The notes beneath the pieces were generated by a model. That model was given only the letters and a program-made list of their open reading frames with translations. It did not search any database and was not told where the DNA came from. Positions 62,156 to 64,000 of a stretch of DNA of 64,000 nucleotides are shown here, in pieces. Positions within the stretch are counted from its first letter, which is position 1. Every line of letters starts with the position of its first letter. The position numbers and the translations under genes are program-made. The DNA is from Alphaproteobacteria bacterium. GTDB taxonomy: Bacteria > Pseudomonadota > Alphaproteobacteria > JAAXGF01. The stretch lies in NCBI GenBank assembly GCA_963555825.3, contig CAUVXB020000001.1:224001-288000 (forward strand), read 5' to 3'.

Positions 62156-62560
62156 TTACGCGGCGATATCGGTGACGTTGTCGTTGACCGTGGCGGGTCC
62201 GCCGGCTGACTTGGGTGTACCGCGGACGACACGCTCGGAACGGCGCGGCGTGCCGCCGGCGATCACCTCGTCGACCACCGAGACGATCTCGCCGCGGTGC
62301 AGGCCGATGTCGGCGAGCATGCGGTCGCTGAGCTTGTCGAGCTCGCGGATCGCGCGGCGGCGGGCCCGGTTGGCCCGCAGCTTGTCGAGCCCGTTGGCGA
62401 CCAGCCCGCCGAGGCCGTCGATTACCTTGTAGACGGTCGCGCTGAACGACAGATCGAGCCCCTCGTTGGCGAAGGCGATCATCGCGCGATTATCGTTCGC
62501 GGGGATCCGGCGGGAACGGTGAAGGAGCGTCAGGGCGTAGGCGTCGATGAGCGAGGACAT
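62156..62560 (-). CDS. DUF1127 domain protein (paralog)
   Basis: RRRAIRELDKLSDRMLADIGLHRGEI; SD AAGGAG. Confidence 0.88.
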   Translation of the reverse strand: MSSLIDAYALTLLHRSRRIPANDNRAMIAFANEGLDLSFSATVYKVIDGLGGLVANGLDKLRANRARRRAIRELDKLSDRMLADIGLHRGEIVSVVDEVIAGGTPRRSERVVRGTPKSAGGPATVNDNVTDIAA

Positions 62561-62712
62561 GGTCGTCTCCTTGGTCTCTATGATGAAGCCTGGCTTGAAC
62601 AGGCCTCATCCGGTTTCAATCTCTTTCTGTTTATGTATGTGGGGGTTTGCGCGATTATTGACAAACGACGATTCATCATGCGTTATATGAGAAATTCTAA
62701 GGTATATACGGC

Positions 62713-63612
62713 ATGGCCAGACGCCTTCCTCCGCTCAACGCGCTGCGCGCCTTCGAGGCTGCCGCGCGCCACCTGAGCTTCACCAAGGCGGCCGGCGAGC
62801 TGAGCGTCACGCCGGCCGCGGTGAGCCACCAAGTCAAGGCCCTCGAGGACTATTTCGGCATCCAGCTGTTCCGCCGCCTGACCCGCGCGCTGCTGCTCAC
62901 CGACGCCGGCCAGACGGCATTGCCGGCCTTGCGCGACGGCTTCGACAAGCTCGCCGAGGCGAGCGAGCGGCTGCGCGCGCATGATGCGCGCGGCATGCTC
63001 ACGGTCAGCGTCTCGCCGTCGTTCGCCGCCAAATGGCTGGTGCCGCGGCTCGACGACTTCCGGACCGTTCATCCCGACATCGACCTGCGCCTCGACGCCT
63101 CGGACACCATCGTCGATCTGGCGCGCGGCGAGGCCGATCTGTCGATCCGTTACGGGCCGGGCGGCTATCGCGACCTGCGCGTCGATCTGCTGTTCGAGGC
63201 CGAGGTCTTCCCGGTGTGCGCGCCCGGCCTGTGCGACGGGCAGCACCCCTTGCGCGAGCCCGCCGATCTACACCGGCACACGCTGCTGCACGTCGACTGG
63301 TCGGTGCAGGCGGAGACCTGGCCGGGCTGGCGCATGTGGCTGCTCGCGGCCGGCGCGGAGGGCGTCGACGCGACGCGCGGGCCGCGTTTCTCGCAGGAGA
63401 GCATGGCGGTCCAGTCGGCGGTCGACGGCCACGGCGTCGCGCTGACCTCGAGCGCGCTGGTGACCGACGACATCGCCGCCGGCCGATTGATTCGGCCCTT
63501 CGACCTCAGCCTGCCGCTCAGCTTCGGCTATTACCTGCTCGGCACCGAGGCGACCATCGACCACCCCAAGGTCGCCGCCTTCCGCGACTGGATTTTGGCG
63601 GCGGCGGGTTAG
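62713..63612 (+). CDS. gcvA: GcvA-type LysR regulator
   Basis: RRLPPLNALRAFEAAARHLSFTKAA, FAAKWLVPRL and AVDGHGVAL motifs. Confidence 0.85.
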   Translation: MARRLPPLNALRAFEAAARHLSFTKAAGELSVTPAAVSHQVKALEDYFGIQLFRRLTRALLLTDAGQTALPALRDGFDKLAEASERLRAHDARGMLTVSVSPSFAAKWLVPRLDDFRTVHPDIDLRLDASDTIVDLARGEADLSIRYGPGGYRDLRVDLLFEAEVFPVCAPGLCDGQHPLREPADLHRHTLLHVDWSVQAETWPGWRMWLLAAGAEGVDATRGPRFSQESMAVQSAVDGHGVALTSSALVTDDIAAGRLIRPFDLSLPLSFGYYLLGTEATIDHPKVAAFRDWILAAAG

Positions 63613-63742
63613 TCTGCCGGTTAGGGGTTCTGCCAAGGCGGCGGCCCAAACGCCCGCTCTTCAGCCGATCATGTCGCCTCGACACCCACCGGCAGACATC
63701 GGCGCAAGTCCATCGACGCTTTCGCTGCTTACTCAGAGCGGC

Positions 63743-63846
63743 CATTTATCGGCGACGCATCTGCTGGACGGTGCTACGATATTTGCGCGGTCTAGGAACT
63801 TCTCGGCCATAGCGACGTAAGGACGACCGTGGTCTGCATCCATGGG
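63743..63846 (+). pseudogene. Decayed integron-integrase-like tyrosine recombinase remnant
   Basis: ATHLLDG/(frameshift)[17 protein letters not shown] resembles IntI [31 protein letters not shown]. Confidence 0.65.
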
Positions 63847-64000
63847 GTGCGAGTCTCGCATGGCAGTGATGTCTGCGGCTTGGTTCGTTGAGTTCAGGCA
63901 GCGATTGCCATGGCTGCTGCACGTGGACTGATGTTGTCGTTGGCCGGTGTGTCGGTTGCGCTGATCAGGGCCTTCCATGCCCGCTCGAAGCGGCCGGATT

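Noticed and set aside
1-64000. tRNA or rRNA genes
   Set aside because: No cloverleaf/T-loop signature or rRNA-like segment was recognised in the intergenic regions.

Overview
High-GC alphaproteobacterial chromosome segment (map-radC-sfsA synteny, rpsD, DUF1127/gcvA, CTTGAC-N17-CTATAT-type promoters) undergoing heavy IS expansion. By my coordinate tally, roughly 28 kb of the 64 kb is IS DNA from the IS1182, IS66, IS256, IS3, IS30, IS110, IS630, IS21, IS3/IS481-like and IS1380 families, often nested, and several host genes are pseudogenised. Host content: a glutamine-synthetase-like/polyamine-type ABC/cysteine hydrolase cluster, a gmd-glycosyltransferase-galE cluster, glpRD, a persulfide dioxygenase-rhodanese fusion, a DegQ-type protease, rpsD, c-di-GMP genes, an ArsR-permease pair, an MFS transporter, two DUF1127 genes and gcvA. 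Most notable observations: (1) an IS1182-family element has inserted twice at exactly nt 12-18 of the terminal inverted repeats of an IS256-family element; (2) radC is split at its HPSG motif by a ~9.2 kb tyrosine-integrase island with 11-bp att cores and arm-like repeats; (3) five IS630 elements are stacked on one CTAG inside a putative promoter; (4) an IS110 has candidate bridge-RNA guide matches and sits in the IS3 catalytic motif; (5) a 6x19-bp array at the rpsD stop codon keeps a stop in every unit. Family assignments come from motif recognition only; no database searches were run.
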